A stretch of 64,000 bases of DNA from contig CAWHDR010000001.1 in NCBI GenBank assembly GCA_963828165.1, positions 1,216,001 through 1,280,000 of the forward strand, read 5' to 3'. Below, in pieces: positions 28,113 to 37,268 of this stretch (position 1 is its first letter; the number at the start of each line of letters is the position of its first letter). A model generated the notes under the pieces. That model worked only from the letters and a program-made list of their open reading frames with translations, had not been told where the DNA came from and ran no database searches. The DNA is from an uncultured Chloroflexia bacterium (GTDB lineage: Bacteria; Chloroflexota; Limnocylindria; Limnocylindrales; CSP1-4). The translations under genes and the position numbers were made by a program.

Positions 28113-29939
28113 TCAGCCCTCGGCGGCCCCCTGGAACCGCTCGCGCAGGCGAGCCCACCATCCGCGATTCGATCCCGAAGGCAGGCCGGCTGATGGGGTC
28201 GCGGATCGGCCGCGCAGGCCCTGGGCGATCGCCTCGGCCTCCGTCGCACTGACGCCGAACCGCCGGAGCGCATAACGCGCCATCTGGACCGCGAGCTCGC
28301 GCTCGCCGTGCACGGCCTGGACCTTGCCGCCGATCGCCCGCAGGTGTGCCGCTTCGGCGTCGCTATGGGTTCGGACGACGAAGTCGAGGCCCGGATGCAG
28401 GGCGTGGGCACGCTCGACGATGAGCCGCGTCTCGTTCGGATCGGAGGTCGCGACCACGATCAGCCGCGCATGCTCGATCTGGGCCATCGTCATGACGTCG
28501 GGGTTGGCGGCGTCGCCAAAGACGGCCGGGATCCCGCGAGCCCGCAGGCGGTCCACCTCGTCGCGTTGCTGGGTGATGACGATGTACCTGAAACCGCGAC
28601 GCTCGAGGGCCGGCCCGATCATCCGGCCGACGCGGCCGTAGCCGCACACGATCGCGTGGAGGCGCAGTCCTTCCTGGGTCGCCTCATCCAGGGTCCCGAG
28701 CGCGCCGGTCCTCCGCTGCAACAGGTTTGCGATGGCTGGGGTGGCGCGGAGCCGTGCCTCGAGCGGATCGACGACGCGGAACACCAGGGGATTGACCGTG
28801 ATCGACAGCAGTGCCCCGGCGACGATCAGCTGGAAACCGTCGTCCGGCAGCAGGCCCAGGGAGCGCCCCACGGTCCCGACGATGAACGAGAACTCGCCGA
28901 TCTGGGCGAGCCCGGCGCCTACGGTGAGTGCGACCCGGGTGGGATACCCCGCGACGGTCACGATCACGAACTTCGTGAGGGCCTTCATGCCCACGATCAG
29001 GAGCACGATCGCGATCACCGGCAGCGGGTTCGCCACCAGGAAGGTCGGGTCCAGCAACATGCCCACCGAGACGAAGAAGAGGACCGCGAACGCGTCACGC
29101 AACGGCAGGGCATCGGCCGCTGCCTGGTGGCTCATGTCGGACTCGCTCACGACGAGTCCGGCGAGGAACGCGCCGAGCGCGAGGGAAACACCGAACACCG
29201 ACGACGAGATGAAGGCGATCCCGAGGGCGATGGCGAGGACCGCGAGCGTGAAGAGCTCGCGCGACCCTTCCCGCGCCACGACGAGGAGCAGCCAGGGTAC
29301 GACGCGAGCTCCGACGACGACCATGACGACCGCGAACGCCACGGCCTTGGCCAGGGCGAAGGCGACCGGGGCGAGCATGTCGAGTGGTTCGGCCGCGGCC
29401 GTGCCCCCGGGGTCCAGGATCGGGGCGATCGTCGGCAGCAACACGAGCACGAGGACGGCCAGCAGGTCCTCGACGATCAGCCAGCCGACGGCGATCCGTC
29501 CCTGCGGCGTGTCGAGCTCGTTGCGATCCGTGAGCGCTCGGAGCAGGACGACCGTGCTGGCGATCGAGATGGCGAGCCCCAGGACGAGCCCACCGCCCAG
29601 GCTCCATCCGAGGGCCGACCCGAGCCAGATCCCGAACAGCCCGGACACGATCGTCTGAACGATCGCGCCCGGGACCGCGATCGCGCGGACCGCCAGCAGC
29701 TCGCGGATCGAGAACTGGATCCCGACCCCGAACATCAGCAGGATGACGCCGAGTTCGGCGAGCTCCAGCGCGATGTCCGTATCGGCGATGAACCCTGGCG
29801 TGAACGGCCCGATGACCACGCCCGCGACGATGTAGCCCACGATCGCAGGCAGCCGCACCCGCCGGGCGATGAGACCGCCGATGAACGCAGCGGTCAGACC
29901 GATCGCGATGGTGGAGATGAGAACGGGCTCGTGGTCCAT
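28113..29939 (-). CDS. CPA2 cation:proton antiporter with TrkA-N domain (YbaL/Kef-like)
   Basis: LAELGVILLMFGVG, GWLIVEDL, PLRDAFAVLFFVSVG, QIGEFSF, CGYGRVG. Confidence 0.92.
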   Translation of the reverse strand: MDHEPVLISTIAIGLTAAFIGGLIARRVRLPAIVGYIVAGVVIGPFTPGFIADTDIALELAELGVILLMFGVGIQFSIRELLAVRAIAVPGAIVQTIVSGLFGIWLGSALGWSLGGGLVLGLAISIASTVVLLRALTDRNELDTPQGRIAVGWLIVEDLLAVLVLVLLPTIAPILDPGGTAAAEPLDMLAPVAFALAKAVAFAVVMVVVGARVVPWLLLVVAREGSRELFTLAVLAIALGIAFISSSVFGVSLALGAFLAGLVVSESDMSHQAAADALPLRDAFAVLFFVSVGMLLDPTFLVANPLPVIAIVLLIVGMKALTKFVIVTVAGYPTRVALTVGAGLAQIGEFSFIVGTVGRSLGLLPDDGFQLIVAGALLSITVNPLVFRVVDPLEARLRATPAIANLLQRRTGALGTLDEATQEGLRLHAIVCGYGRVGRMIGPALERRGFRYIVITQQRDEVDRLRARGIPAVFGDAANPDVMTMAQIEHARLIVVATSDPNETRLIVERAHALHPGLDFVVRTHSDAEAAHLRAIGGKVQAVHGERELAVQMARYALRRFGVSATEAEAIAQGLRGRSATPSAGLPSGSNRGWWARLRERFQGAAEG

Positions 29940-30217
29940 GGCTCTTCCCGATTCGACGGGGGGGTGCGCAGGACTGGCGCGGGTCCGTGCCAGAACGACG
30001 GCGGGTGACCCCATGAAGATACCCGACCGTCAGGCGCATCCGTTGGAATGGCCGATCAGGGACTGGCGACGGTCCGTCCGGTGCTCATCGGCACCGAAGA
30101 ATGTCCCACGAGACGTTGTTGTAATCGTTTGTTCGCTCTGGGCGTTGCACCATAGGTACTATGCTGCCAGGACAGTTGGCACTCATCTGGGGGAAGCTTG
30201 CGATGGAGATCAGAACG

Positions 30218-30715
30218 ATGACGCGCTACTCACATGTGCTCAGGGCGGCCATGCTGGCGCTGGGCGTATTGCTGGTGATGGTCCCGGTCGTCGGCGCCTA
30301 TGACGGCGAGGTCGATGACCAGGTCGGGATCGAGGGCCCGACCACGGCGGATTGCCCCGAGCCGGTCGAGATCAGGGCCCGGGTGTTCGACAAGGAGGGC
30401 AACCCCCTCGTGGGTCGAGCAGTCGTCTGGTCGAACGGCGAGACTGGCACGACCGATGCCGACGGCTACGTGACCTTGACGCTCGTCGTCTCCGGGGACG
30501 TCACGGTGAAGGCGACCAGTGGGGAGTCGTCCGCGGAACTCACGATCACCTGTGAGCGAGGCGACGTCGACGGAGCCGTGGGCGGGGCCGTGGGCCTGCC
30601 ACGGACGGACACGGAGGCACCCGCATCCGTCCCAGCGCTGCCGATCCTCGGTGCGCTGGCGGTGCTGGGCCTGGCACTCAGCGCGCGCCGGAAGTTCGCG
30701 ACCCTCCGCCGCTGA
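30218..30715 (+). CDS. Secreted Ig-like protein with sortase sorting signal (LPRTD-TM-basic tail)
   Basis: Signal peptide, beta-rich core, GLPRTD, hydrophobic stretch, RRKFATLRR. Confidence 0.75.
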   Translation: MTRYSHVLRAAMLALGVLLVMVPVVGAYDGEVDDQVGIEGPTTADCPEPVEIRARVFDKEGNPLVGRAVVWSNGETGTTDADGYVTLTLVVSGDVTVKATSGESSAELTITCERGDVDGAVGGAVGLPRTDTEAPASVPALPILGALAVLGLALSARRKFATLRR

Positions 30716-30784
30716 TCCTGACCGCTTGGGCCCTCGAGGCGGGGGCCCGGGCGTTCGGTTCATCGCGTCACCGCAGCAAAGGAC

Positions 30785-31435
30785 ATGATGGAACCGCGAT
30801 CGCGGCCTAGTCCGCGTCCGGCCACGATCGGCGCCGTCGTCGTCGGCCTGCTCGCGATCCTTGCCGTCGTCCTGTGGGCGACTCGACCAGCCTCGGATCC
30901 GTCAGAAGCCGGCGCCAGCCCGTCCGTCTCGCCGGGGACCACGTCGGTGGCCGCCACCGACGGACCGTCGCCGTCGACGTCGGCGCTGCCCCCGTCGACC
31001 GGGCCGACCGCTTCGAGCGTCCCGGCAAGCCCATCGCCCGTCGGTGCGTCGGTCGCGAATCGGATCCGGATCCCGCGTCTTGGGATCGACCTCCCGGTCA
31101 TCGAGGGCGATGGGATCGAGGCCCCGCTGGATTCGGCCGCGCATTTCCCCGGCACGGCGTGGCCAGGCGCCGGCTCGAACGTCTACATCTACGCCCATGC
31201 CCGCGATGGCCTCTTCATCAAGCTGTGGGACGCCCGTGTGGGGGACGAGGTCCTGCTCGACACGGTCGACGGGCGGACGGTGACCTACATCGTGGACGAG
31301 ATCCGACCCCGGACCCCCTGGAATGCGCTCGAACTTCTCGAGCCGACCGAGCGTGAGCAGCTGACGCTCCAGACATCGACCTCCTACACCGCCACGGCGC
31401 CGCGCTTCGTGGTCATCGCGCTGCCTGGACCATGA
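30785..31435 (+). CDS. Sortase-family protein (catalytic Cys replaced by Ser)
   Basis: RIRIPRLGIDLPV, PGAGSNVYIYAH, LTLQTS, RFVV. Confidence 0.88.
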   Translation: MMEPRSRPSPRPATIGAVVVGLLAILAVVLWATRPASDPSEAGASPSVSPGTTSVAATDGPSPSTSALPPSTGPTASSVPASPSPVGASVANRIRIPRLGIDLPVIEGDGIEAPLDSAAHFPGTAWPGAGSNVYIYAHARDGLFIKLWDARVGDEVLLDTVDGRTVTYIVDEIRPRTPWNALELLEPTEREQLTLQTSTSYTATAPRFVVIALPGP

Positions 31436-33399
31436 CTCCCGGCCCCGCGTCGCCCAGGCCAGCGCGGGTCATCCGCAAACGGATCGTGCGCGCCGCGCTG
31501 ATCATCGTCGCCCTGGCGGCGCTCCTGGGGGCGCTGGCGGTCTTCCGCTACCTGCCGCTCCTTGACGATGCACGGGACCTGCGCGACTCGCTCGAGCGCA
31601 TGGCGGACCGGGCGGTCGCTGCGGGTCCCGACATCGACCGCGCCGGCCTCACGGCGATGCGCACGGACCTGGATGCCTCGCGGGGCTATTACGCGCGGAT
31701 GGAGGACATCGTCCTGCGCGATCCCCTCGTGAGCGTGGTCGCGCTGCTTCCCCCCGTGGGGCACCAACGCGATGCGGCTGCAGCGCTCCTCGGCGCCACG
31801 GGGGCGCTCCTCGACGCAGGTGATCGGATCCTGGCGGTCGGCGATCGATTCGTGGCGATCAAGGAGAGCGAGCCCGGGAGCGGCTCCGATTCGACGATGA
31901 CCAGGCTCGTCGGCATGATCGCCGCCTCCAAGGCGGACGTGGCCGCGGCACTCGAATCCGTCAATTCCTCGCAGGCGTCGCTCGCGGCGGTGCCGGACGA
32001 CGCCGTCGGACCGATCGTCGCCGCTCGTGATCGGGCGCAGGACCTGCTGGGTCGCTACGCGCCGCTCATCGCGAGCTACGCGGAGATCGATGACGTCCTA
32101 CCGAGGATCCTGGGCTGGGAGGGTCGGCGACGGTACCTCGTCCTCGCCCAGAACCCCGCCGAGCTGCGCCCATCCGGGGGCTACATCGGCACCTACGGCA
32201 TCATCGAGTTCGAGGCCGGGAGGCTCGTGAGCCACGAGTTCCACGACACGGAGCAGCTCGACAGCCAATCCGGTCTCGCATACGTCGAACCGCCGGAGCC
32301 GCTGCGCAACCATCTGCTCGGCGACCGACCCTGGCGGCTCTCCGACGTCAACTGGGATCCGGACTTCCCCACCACCGCTCGCCACGCCATCGACCTGTAT
32401 CGTCTGGAATCGGGCGGCGATGAGGTCGATGGGGTCATCGCCCTGACGACCTATGCGCTCGATGAGCTCATGACGGTCCTTGGTCCGATCGAGGTGCCCG
32501 ATTTCAATGTGACGGTCGCCCCCGGCGAGACCACGCTCACGGCATTCGCCCAGACCCGACCCACGGACCAGCCCGGCGTGGACCGGAAGGCGTTTCTCCA
32601 GAGCTTCGCGTCCGAGCTGCTCGACCGTCTCCTGTCGCTGCCGGTGGGGCAGCTGCCCGACCTGCTGCCCGCGTTCCAGACGATCGCCGCGGAGCGACGC
32701 GCCAGCGCGTGGCTCGTGGACCCCGCCGCGCAGGCCTTCATCGAAGGGGGCGGCCTGGATGGCGGCGTCCGCACCGTGGACGGGGACTTCCTGTACATCG
32801 TCGATGCGAACGTCGGGCCGGTCTCGAAGCTGAATCTCGTGACCGAACGGCGGTCGGAGCTGGAGGTGCGACTCGACGAGTTCGGCAACGCCCACCACGC
32901 GCTGACCGTGACGTGGCTGAACCGGATCGGCGAGCCCGGCCTGCTCCGGGACATGCTCCTCGCGTACCAGCGGCGAGAGACCATGGGGTCGTATATCCGG
33001 GTCCTCGCGCCGGAGCTCAGTCGCCTCGAGTCGGTCGAAGGCGAGTCCGATCGGTCTCGATCACGCGGCGCGGACAGCGTCGGCGTCGAGGGCGGGCGCG
33101 CCGTCTTTGGCGCGTATCACATCGTCCCACCGGGCACCGCCACCATGCGCATGACGTGGGTGGCTCCCTACGTCGTCGACGCCCCCGACGCCGCGGAACA
33201 TCGGCGGTACCGGCTTACCCTGCAGAAGCAACCGGGGACCGTGGCCGACGACATCGCGATCCGGATCGTCGCGCCCGACGGCTTCACGATCCTCTCCGCG
33301 GTGGATGGCATGACGGTCTCGCCGACCGGGGATGTCGCGGAGATCTCGACCGACATGAGAACGGACCTTGAGGTCTGGGTGGAGCTCGGCCCGGCTTGA
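31432..33399 (+). CDS. DUF4012 domain membrane-anchored protein
   Basis: YLVLAQNPAELRPSGGYIG, NWDPDFP, QKQPG. Confidence 0.85.
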   Translation: MTPGPASPRPARVIRKRIVRAALIIVALAALLGALAVFRYLPLLDDARDLRDSLERMADRAVAAGPDIDRAGLTAMRTDLDASRGYYARMEDIVLRDPLVSVVALLPPVGHQRDAAAALLGATGALLDAGDRILAVGDRFVAIKESEPGSGSDSTMTRLVGMIAASKADVAAALESVNSSQASLAAVPDDAVGPIVAARDRAQDLLGRYAPLIASYAEIDDVLPRILGWEGRRRYLVLAQNPAELRPSGGYIGTYGIIEFEAGRLVSHEFHDTEQLDSQSGLAYVEPPEPLRNHLLGDRPWRLSDVNWDPDFPTTARHAIDLYRLESGGDEVDGVIALTTYALDELMTVLGPIEVPDFNVTVAPGETTLTAFAQTRPTDQPGVDRKAFLQSFASELLDRLLSLPVGQLPDLLPAFQTIAAERRASAWLVDPAAQAFIEGGGLDGGVRTVDGDFLYIVDANVGPVSKLNLVTERRSELEVRLDEFGNAHHALTVTWLNRIGEPGLLRDMLLAYQRRETMGSYIRVLAPELSRLESVEGESDRSRSRGADSVGVEGGRAVFGAYHIVPPGTATMRMTWVAPYVVDAPDAAEHRRYRLTLQKQPGTVADDIAIRIVAPDGFTILSAVDGMTVSPTGDVAEISTDMRTDLEVWVELGPA

Positions 33400-33745
33400 A
33401 GGCGTGCGCTCAGGCCCGTCGGGCTGGGCTGCGGACAACCAGCCCACTGAAGGGTCCCATCGCGAACGTAAAGACCCAGGAACCCCGCCGAGGCCGCCGC
33501 CCGGCCCGGCTGAGCCTGATCCATGCGCGGCGATCGCGCAGGGCGACGGGGTCGAGCGGGCACGTGACCTCAGGGTGTGGGTGTCTCACGAGTGTGGGGT
33601 GGTGCGTGCCGTCCACGCCTGGCTGATGGTCCGGCGCCTGCGCTTGGATGGCGGGCGCGCGATCCACGTCCCGGCGACCGTGTCCGCTACCAAGCGGTGT
33701 GGTAGATCGTCCGGTCTTGCCACCGCCCGAGGACTCTGCCCAGTC

Positions 33746-34492
33746 TCACAGCCGGGATTTCAGCACGGCGACCTCGGGCATCTCCTCGAGCGGACCGAAG
33801 CCATGCTCGACCAGCCAGCGGACGTTGAGCAGGCATCGCAATGACCACCATGCGCGGATCACGTCAAGGTCCACGTCGGTGCCGTAGCCGGCGACGACGT
33901 CGGGGAGGTTCTCCTCGTGTGCGAGCGTGAGGGTGGCGAGGTCGAACAGCGGGTCGCCCTGGCACGCCTCGGACCAGTCGATGACGCCGGTGACCTCGTC
34001 ACCGTCGACGAAGACGTGGGTGATCTGCAGGTCGCCGTGGGTGAAGACGGGTGTCCACGGCCGGAGCGCAACTTCGGCGATCCGGCGGTTGCGCGTGACC
34101 ACGTCCGCCGGAAGGACGTCATTGGCGATGAGCCACTCGCACTCGCTATCAAGTTGCGATGCGAACTCGTCGAGGCTCGGACCGGGCCAGGGTGGCAGCG
34201 GCGCTTCGTGCAGCAGCCGTGCGGCCGCACCCGCCGCGGCCCACGCCGCCGGCGACGCGATGGACGGCTCCTGGAGGCGGCCGAGCGCCGTTCCCGGAAG
34301 GGCCGCGAGGGCGAGCACGGGCGGCTTTCGCCACAGGATCTCGGGTGTCGGGATCGGCGCCATCGCCATCGCCTCGACCTCGACGTCGGTGCGCGTCTGA
34401 TCGGCATCGATCTTGAGGAACAGGTCGCCGACCCGCAGCGTCGCGCGCTCGCGATGGGCGACGACGACCTCGACCTCCTCCACGTCGGCCAT
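33746..34492 (-). CDS. Aminoglycoside phosphotransferase (APH)/choline kinase family protein
   Basis: THGDLQITHV, GVIDW, GDPLFDLA. Confidence 0.85.
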   Translation of the reverse strand: MADVEEVEVVVAHRERATLRVGDLFLKIDADQTRTDVEVEAMAMAPIPTPEILWRKPPVLALAALPGTALGRLQEPSIASPAAWAAAGAAARLLHEAPLPPWPGPSLDEFASQLDSECEWLIANDVLPADVVTRNRRIAEVALRPWTPVFTHGDLQITHVFVDGDEVTGVIDWSEACQGDPLFDLATLTLAHEENLPDVVAGYGTDVDLDVIRAWWSLRCLLNVRWLVEHGFGPLEEMPEVAVLKSRL

Positions 34493-34557
34493 TATCGCGG
34501 GGAGGACCACCGACGTTACCCTGGTCGAGGCGCTGCTTCGCGGGGCGAAGGAGGATG

Positions 34558-34933
34558 TGGTGGAGATGGGGGAGAGTCGAACTCCCCGTCCAGAACCCTT
34601 CGCCGGAGACCACTACGAGCGTGTCCGATGATTTGTCGTCAACCGCCCGAACGGGCATCGGCACCCTGCCGGACGGTCCAGTCACGTGCCCCTAGATCGG
34701 GCTTGACTCCGGACTACGTGACACTTGTCCGGATCGCAGCTCCGCTGCATGACGCTTCCACTACCCGCGAAGCGGAGGTAGCTTCCACGCTCACCTTACT
34801 GCCTAAGCAGCGAGGGCGAGAGTCGACTGGCGGTTGCCAGGTACTTCGTTTTGCTGCCTGATTAACGAGGCCTGAGCAGCATCCTCGGCTCGCGCTCTCC
34901 GGTAACTGGGCCCTGTCGAAACCACGCATCCCC
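34558..34933 (-). ncRNA. ssrA: tmRNA, tag peptide (A)GNRQSTLALAA
   Basis: 5' GGGGATGCGTGGTTTCGAC; 3' T-arm GTTCGACTCT and CCCCATCTCCACCA; tag ORF 34838-34806 ends LALAA-TAG. Confidence 0.96.
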
Positions 34934-35036
34934 ACAGGACCGAACACCGGTTCGGTTTCGAATGGTACCACGAAGGCGCCGGCACCCCGGACGACCGAGC
35001 CATCCGCGACGAAGCCAATCGCTGCTATCGTAGGCA

Positions 35037-35141
35037 GTGGCCGAACCTCCTCATCCGAGGACGGGGGACCCACACTTCGGGGCGAATCGCGCGACGCGAC
35101 GGCGGACCCACGCCGAGCCCGACAGCTCACCTCGCAGGCCA
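35037..35141 (+). promoter_or_regulatory. Cyclic di-AMP (ydaO/yuaA) riboswitch
   Basis: GCCGAA..., GGGGGACCCA, CGGGGCGAATC, CCGAGCCCGACAGCTCACCTCGCAGGC match the ydaO consensus. Confidence 0.85.
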
Positions 35142-35161
35142 GCAGGGCTGCTTCGAGGTAC

Positions 35162-36412
35162 GTGGTGTTCCGGTCGCCGTCATTCAACCCGTCACCGAGC
35201 CGGCGTGCGCTCGGGCGCAATCTCGCGCTCGACCTCGTCGCGGCCACGGGCGTCGGCGTCTCGATGGCGCTCGTCACCGCCCTCTTGCCGACGATCGCGC
35301 GACGCGGTGGCCTCGAACCACTGGGCCTGTCCGCGCTGGCGGCGGCGCCGTTCGTCGCCAACCTCCTGAGCGCGTTCGCCGGACGGTTCGGGCCGCGCTC
35401 CTCGGCGCAGTTGGCGATGATCCGTGGTCTCGGCGCAGCCTCGCTCCTGCTGGTGTTCGTCGTGCCGGTCGCGCCCGTGATGATCGCCGTGGCGTTCGTC
35501 TTCTGGATGAGCCTCTCGTTCGGCGGGCCGTTCCACCTCCGCCTGTGGGGCGCCATGTACCCGGCTCGGCTGGTCGGGCGCGTGGTGGGCTTCATCGGGA
35601 TGGGCCGTGCCGCCGCCGGCGCGCTCGCCGCGTTCGGCGGAGGCGTCATCGCCGATCGGCTGGGTGGGCCGTCCGCCGTCGCGATCGCCGGAACCGTCGG
35701 GATCGCGTGTGCGCTCGCGTATGCGGGTCTGCGCGCGCGGTCCGCCGAGCGGCCGCCGTCGTATTCGGCCCGCGGATCCATTCGCGCGCTTCGTGAGCGA
35801 CCACTGCTCGGGAAGGTCGCGCTGGCCCAGGGCTTTTACGGCGGCGGCCTCATCGCGGCCGTGCCGCTGTACGCCCTCGTCCATGTCGACCGGCTCGACC
35901 TGCGGCTCTCCGACGTCGGCGTCATCGGGATCATGGCCGCCGTCGCGACCACGATCTCGTTCCCGATCTGGGGTGCGGTGGCGGACCGCCACGGCGGGCT
36001 CTGGGCGCTCCGCCTGGGCAGCAGTCTCGGAGTGATCGGACTCATCGGCTACGCCCTCGCTCCAGACGTCGCGATCCTGTGGGTCATGGCCGTCGGTTAC
36101 GGAGCGGCGAGTGCGGCGGTCGACGTCGGCATCGCCTCGATCGTCAGCGACCAGACGTCGCTGGCGTCGCGCGCCGCCGCGATGGCCGGCTGGAACGCGA
36201 TCACCGGAGCTCGCGGGATCGCGGCCGCGTTCCTCATGAGCGCCCTGCTGCAGCTCGGGGTGGTGGACGTGACATCCGGGCTGCTCCTGTGCGCGGTCGT
36301 GTCGGCGGTGGGCGTGGTGCTGTTCGCGCGCGTGAACGCCAAGGCGCCGGAGCCCGTGCCCGCGCCGGCACCCCGGTCCGTGCCCGCTGGGTCGACGGTG
36401 CCGACCGGCTGA
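35162..36412 (+). CDS. MFS transporter
   Basis: About 12 TM; GVIADRLG and WGAVADRHG loop motifs. Confidence 0.88.
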   Translation: MVFRSPSFNPSPSRRALGRNLALDLVAATGVGVSMALVTALLPTIARRGGLEPLGLSALAAAPFVANLLSAFAGRFGPRSSAQLAMIRGLGAASLLLVFVVPVAPVMIAVAFVFWMSLSFGGPFHLRLWGAMYPARLVGRVVGFIGMGRAAAGALAAFGGGVIADRLGGPSAVAIAGTVGIACALAYAGLRARSAERPPSYSARGSIRALRERPLLGKVALAQGFYGGGLIAAVPLYALVHVDRLDLRLSDVGVIGIMAAVATTISFPIWGAVADRHGGLWALRLGSSLGVIGLIGYALAPDVAILWVMAVGYGAASAAVDVGIASIVSDQTSLASRAAAMAGWNAITGARGIAAAFLMSALLQLGVVDVTSGLLLCAVVSAVGVVLFARVNAKAPEPVPAPAPRSVPAGSTVPTG

Positions 36413-36434
36413 TCCGGGTTCCGAGAGCCGGATC
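36411..36434 (+). terminator. Hairpin after the MFS gene
   Basis: GATCCGG...CCGGATC inverted repeat; no U-tract. Confidence 0.35.
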
Positions 36435-36454
36435 GTTCCAGCCTGCCAGGCCCG

Positions 36455-36625
36455 CCCGGATTCATCGACAGTGAACGATTGCAGGGCGAGAAGCCTCGCG
36501 TGACGACTGGGTGACCGCTGGCGTCACGCTTGTTCACCAGTGCTGAACGTCCCGACGCGAGCATTCCCGATCTGGAGGTTCGCGAGGCTTGACCGTGTGA
36601 ACGTTCACTGTCCGTGAATGCGAAA
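36455..36625. ncRNA. Putative structured ncRNA (6S RNA-like long hairpin with central bubble)
   Basis: 36460-36477 pairs with 36602-36619; 36491-36500 pairs perfectly with 36581-36590; 13/11-nt bubble between them. Confidence 0.5.
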
Positions 36626-36698
36626 CCCGGCCGACGTTGCGTCTCGGGCTCAGGCAGCAGCCTCACCAGGCCCGTCGCCCCACCAGTACGATGCGGCC

Positions 36699-37268
36699 AT
36701 GCGATTGACGGCCTGGGAGGAGGAACGTCTCCTCATCTTCACAGCGGCCGAGCTGGCGCGGCGGCATCGCGATCGCGGTCTGCTCCTGAACGCCCCGGAG
36801 GTCGTCGCGATCATCTGCGATGCCATGCTGGAGACCGCCCGGGCCGGCGCGACGTACGAGGAGGTGGAGGCCGCGGGCCGCGATGCGGTCACCGCTGAAC
36901 AGGCACTCCCCGGGGTACCCGCCCTGGTCGACGAGGTCCGGCTCGAGGTCCTGCTCGACGACGGCGTCCGCCTGGTCGTCCTCATCGAGCCGCTCGGTTC
37001 GTCCGGGGACGCTGCCCCCGGGGCGATCCGGGGAGCTCCCGTACGCGACGGTGACGACGTCGGTCGTGACCGCATCCGGTTGGAGGTCCGAAACGCGTCG
37101 ACCCGCGTCGTCCGGGTGTCAAGCCACTATCCGTTCGAGCGGGTCAACCAACGGCTCGAGTTCGATCGGCGCGGTGCGGCCGGCTTCCGGCTCGACCTCC
37201 CGGCGGGCTCGACGGAGCGCTGGGAGCCCGGCGAGACGCGGACCGTGGACCTGGTGCGGCCGGGGTGA
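36699..37268 (+). CDS. ureA: Urease gamma-beta fusion subunit (divergent)
   Basis: MRLTAWEEERLLI...LNAPE (gamma); SHYPFERVN, FRLDLPAG...EPGE (beta). Confidence 0.85.
   Translation: MRLTAWEEERLLIFTAAELARRHRDRGLLLNAPEVVAIICDAMLETARAGATYEEVEAAGRDAVTAEQALPGVPALVDEVRLEVLLDDGVRLVVLIEPLGSSGDAAPGAIRGAPVRDGDDVGRDRIRLEVRNASTRVVRVSSHYPFERVNQRLEFDRRGAAGFRLDLPAGSTERWEPGETRTVDLVRPG

Noticed and set aside
29909-29919. TGGTGGAGATG, identical to the tmRNA 3' end (possible att site of a tmRNA-integrated island)
   Set aside because: Only 11 bp, lies inside the antiporter coding sequence, and no integrase is present in the window.
33446-33485. CTGAAG...GAAC resembling a hammerhead ribozyme core
   Set aside because: Lacks the exact CUGANGA and GAAA core and a proper stem arrangement.
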